Shown here: positions 61,240 through 64,000 of the stretch, piece after piece
Layout: the number at the start of each line of letters is the position of its first letter
Numbering within the stretch: the first letter of the stretch is position 1
Origin: the human T2T-CHM13v2.0 reference genome, Homo sapiens
Strand: one strand, 5' to 3'
DNA: 64,000 nt
Assembly: GCF_009914755.1 (NCBI RefSeq)
Contig: NC_060944.1
Translations under genes and position numbers: made by a program
Notes under the pieces: generated by a model
What the model was told of the DNA's origin: nothing
The model's input: the letters and a program-made list of their open reading frames with translations, nothing else
Database searches by the model: none

Positions 61240-61426
61240 ATGAGGAGCGCCCCCAGCCACCCCTCCTCATAAACACCCCCCAAGGCGCGCATGCGCACTT
61301 AGGTGGCGGGCGGGTACTTAAGGCGCGGCCACCGCGGCTGCGGCAGTGCGCCCAACAGCGGACTCCGAGACCAGCGGATCTCGGCAAACCCTCTTTCTCG
61401 ACCACCCACCTACCATTCTTGGAACC
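61240..61426 (+). promoter_or_regulatory. NNAT core promoter and 5' UTR
   Basis: TATA-like CATAAA 61268-61273; NRF1-type GCGCATGCGCA 61287-61297; GC boxes (GGCGGGCGGG); CpG-rich. Confidence 0.7.
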
Positions 61427-61498
61427 ATGGCGGCAGTGGCGGCGGCCTCGGCTGAACTGCTCATCATCGGCTGGTACATCTTCCGCGTGCTGCTGCAG
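61427..61498 (+). CDS. NNAT: Neuronatin coding exon 1 ([24 protein letters not shown])
   Basis: Strong Kozak accATGG; recognisable hydrophobic N-terminus; donor CAG|GTAAGT. Confidence 0.97.
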
Positions 61499-62454
61499 GT
61501 AAGTCTGACGGGGTTTCGGGTGGGAGAGGGTTCCCAACTCGCGCCCCTAGAACCCGCAAGACTGCGTCGCGATTGCCGCTTCCCGGACCCGTCCTATTCC
61601 GATTGCCGCGATCCTTGCCTGCCCAAGTGCCGCTGCCGGCACCGCGCGCCCCCTGCCCATTCCCTGCGCCGTCCTCCTCGCGCTGACCCTCCCTAGTGCG
61701 CCCGCGCCTGCCAGGGAACAAAGACTCGGGGCGCGGCGGGCGACCGCTGCGGACGATCACCCAGGCATTTAGCGACCTACGCGGTAAGAAAAACCCGCTA
61801 CACCCGGACTCGACCCCAGGAGGGAGGCGGGGCACTACTGTGTTGAAAGACTTTACAGCTCGCAGAGTGAAAATTTTCCACCTTAAAAAATTGCGCATTG
61901 CGGAGAAATTTTATTTAAAAAAACATATAGCGCTTGCGGGGGTGGAACAAAAAATAAGTTAGAAAAAGGCACTTCTCAGAAAAAATAAAAATTACTTCGC
62001 AAAAAAAAAAAACCCTACAACGAATTAGAGAAAAAGTAGTTCACAGGAAAACAGAAAAACGCGCATTGCAGGAAAAATAAATCGGAGAAAAGCACTTGGC
62101 AGAAAAAAATGCATTAGATTAAAAACGCACTGCAGAAAAAAATTAGACAAGGGAGCTAACGGAAAAAAATGGATCGGGCAAAAACGCTTTAAAGAAAAAA
62201 ATTAGAGGAAAAAGCCCCTCGAGAGAAAAATAGAAGGGGAAAAAAAGCACTTCCAAAAAAGGACAATTGCTTTACAAAAAAAAAAAATAATAATAAAAAA
62301 AAATAAAAAAGAGGCAAAAGCGCTTGGTGTAAAAAGAGATAAATCAGAAGAAAGCGCTTTGCCCATAAAATCATTTACCCTAAAAGCTCCCTTTGCAGGA
62401 AGAATTCCCTGCTAAAGGAATCCTTTGCCAAAGGAATCGCATATTTCCTTCAAG

Positions 62455-62535
62455 GTGTTCCTGGAATGCTGCATTTACTGGGTAGGATTCGCTTTTCGAA
62501 ATCCTCCAGGGACACAGCCCATTGCGAGAAGTGAG
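62455..62535 (+). CDS. NNAT: Neuronatin cassette exon 2 ([27 protein letters not shown]), alpha isoform only
   Basis: 81 nt, frame-preserving; acceptor tttccttcaag|, donor GAG|GTATAC. Confidence 0.95.
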
Positions 62536-62763
62536 GTATACCTAAGTTGTGGGTCCAATCAGCTTGCCGCCATGCAGCTCTCAGCACAGTTGGAAAAGCT
62601 CCAGCTGCCCTGACTCGTGGACAAGCTGCGCCCGCGCCCGCCTCTCCAGCCTACGCTGGATGGGCGGGCGGGGCAGGGGGTGGGGCGGGGGTGGGCACGG
62701 CAGCACCACAGACATGCTGTGGGTGCTCTCCACTAAGGGTGGGTCCTGGGTTTCTCGTCGCAG

Positions 62764-62856
62764 GTGTTCAGGTACTCCCTGCAGAAGCTGGCATACACGG
62801 TGTCGCGGACCGGGCGGCAGGTGTTGGGGGAGCGCAGGCAGCGAGCCCCCAACTGA
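62764..62856 (+). CDS. NNAT: Neuronatin coding exon 3 ([30 protein letters not shown])
   Basis: Acceptor tttctcgtcgcag|; TGA at 62854-62856; 24+27+30 = 81 aa (alpha), 54 aa without exon 2 (beta). Confidence 0.97.
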   Translation: MFRYSLQKLAYTVSRTGRQVLGERRQRAPN

Positions 62857-63668
62857 GGCCCCAGCTCCCAGCCCTGGGCGGCCGTATCATCAGGTGCTCC
62901 TGTGCATCTCGGCCAGCACGGGAGCCAGTGCCGCGCAGGAATGTGGGGTCCCCTGTGTTCCCTCGCCAGAGGAGCACTTGGCAAGGTCAGTGAGGGGCCA
63001 GTAGACCCCCGGAGAAGCAGTACCGACAATGACGAAGATACCAGATCCCTTCCCAACCCCTTTGCACCGGTCCCACTAAGGGGCAGGGTCGAGAGAGGAG
63101 GGGGGATAGGGGGAGCAGACCCCTGAGATCTGGGCATAGGCACCGCATTCTGATCTGGACAAAGTCGGGACAGCACCATCCCAGCCCCGAAGCCAGGGCC
63201 ATGCCAGCAGGCCCCACCATGGAAATCAAAACACCGCACCAGCCAGCAGAATGGACATTCTGACATCGCCAGCCGACGCCCTGAATCTTGGTGCAGCACC
63301 AACCGCGTGCCTGTGTGGCGGGACTGGAGGGCACAGTTGAGGAAGGAGGGTGGTTAAGAAATACAGTGGGGCCCTCTCGCTGTCCCTTGCCCAGGGCACT
63401 TGCATTCCAGCCTCGCTGCATTTGCTCTCTCGATTCCCCTTTCCTCCTCACTGCCTCCCAAGCCCACCCTACTCCAAAATAATGTGTCACTTGATTTGGA
63501 ACTATTCAAGCAGTAAAAGTAAATGAATCCCACCTTTACTAAAACACTTTCTCTGAACCCCCCTTGCCCCTCACTGATCTTGCTTTTCCCTGGTCTCATG
63601 CAGTTGTGGTCAATATTGTGGTAATCGCTAATTGTACTGATTGTTTAAGTGTGCATTAGTTGTGTCTC

Positions 63669-63690
63669 CCCAGCTAGATTGTAAGCTCCT
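63669..63690 (+). promoter_or_regulatory. miR-708-5p target site in NNAT 3' UTR
   Basis: CCCAGCTAGATTGTAAGCTCCT is the reverse complement of nt 2-23 of miR-708-5p (AAGGAGCUUACAAUCUAGCUGGG, recalled sequence). Confidence 0.85.
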
Positions 63691-63716
63691 GGAGGACAGG
63701 GACCACCTCTACAAAA

Positions 63717-63722
63717 AATAAA
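63717..63722 (+). terminator. NNAT polyadenylation signal AATAAA
   Basis: First canonical hexamer seen after the NNAT stop, ~860 nt downstream. Confidence 0.75.
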
Positions 63723-64000
63723 AAAAGTACCTCCCCTGTCTCGCACAGTGTCCCAGGACCCTGCGGTGCAGTAGAGGCGCACCAAAACTTTGTCTCTTGT
63801 GATTTCTTTAGCGGCATCAACATACACTTCTAAGACTCAGCTGATGTGCCCACTGTGGAACAGGCACACTGCTTGGGGGAGGGAGGAAAAGGAGGGCCAT
63901 CAAAATTGCAATAAGCTGGGCCCCTCACACACCCAACCCCATCTCAATGCTGTCCTGTGATAAAGGACCATCTCCCCCTCTCCCCAAAGAGAAAGGCTGA

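Larger units (their letters stand above)
60290..61880. promoter_or_regulatory. CpG-rich region / NNAT differentially methylated region (boundaries approximate)
   Basis: High CpG density versus the rest of the window; five TGCCGC/GCGGCA hexamers at 61340-61633; NNAT is an established paternally expressed gene. Confidence 0.75.
63630..63795 (+). mobile_element. L2 3' end exapted into NNAT 3' UTR
   Basis: tgtctccccagctagattgtaagctcctggaggacagggacc...cagtagaggcgc resembles the L2 3' terminus. Confidence 0.7.

Noticed and set aside
60993-63490. Long overlapping ORFs around NNAT
   Set aside because: GC-rich, stop-poor frames; only the three spliced NNAT exons are supported

Overview
Mammalian, almost certainly human, genomic DNA from the imprinted BLCAP/NNAT locus (20q11.2), identified from the translated proteins. 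The last 7 kb hold the single coding exon of BLCAP (minus strand, 87 aa) and the three-exon neuronatin gene NNAT (plus strand, 81 aa with exon 2, 54 aa without), nested antisense in a BLCAP intron within CpG-rich sequence. The first ~56 kb show no credible coding gene: they are a mosaic of Alu, L1, L2, MIR, MaLR/LTR and MER47-type repeats, and the ORF-track entries there look like repeat-derived or chance frames. Structure visible beyond the gene models: (1) an inverted intronic copy of the BLCAP start region, matching the A-to-I editing complementary sequence; (2) an L2-derived site in the NNAT 3' UTR perfectly complementary to miR-708-5p nt 2-23; (3) a cluster of ZFP57 hexamers and other repeated CpG motifs around the NNAT promoter; (4) a tailless U2 snRNA fragment inserted in an Alu; (5) many local duplications of different ages, including a ~610-bp inverted repeat 19 kb apart, an ancient tandem triplication with a conserved 110-bp core, and small templated insertions. 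Repeat subfamily names, repeat boundaries and percent identities are by-eye estimates.
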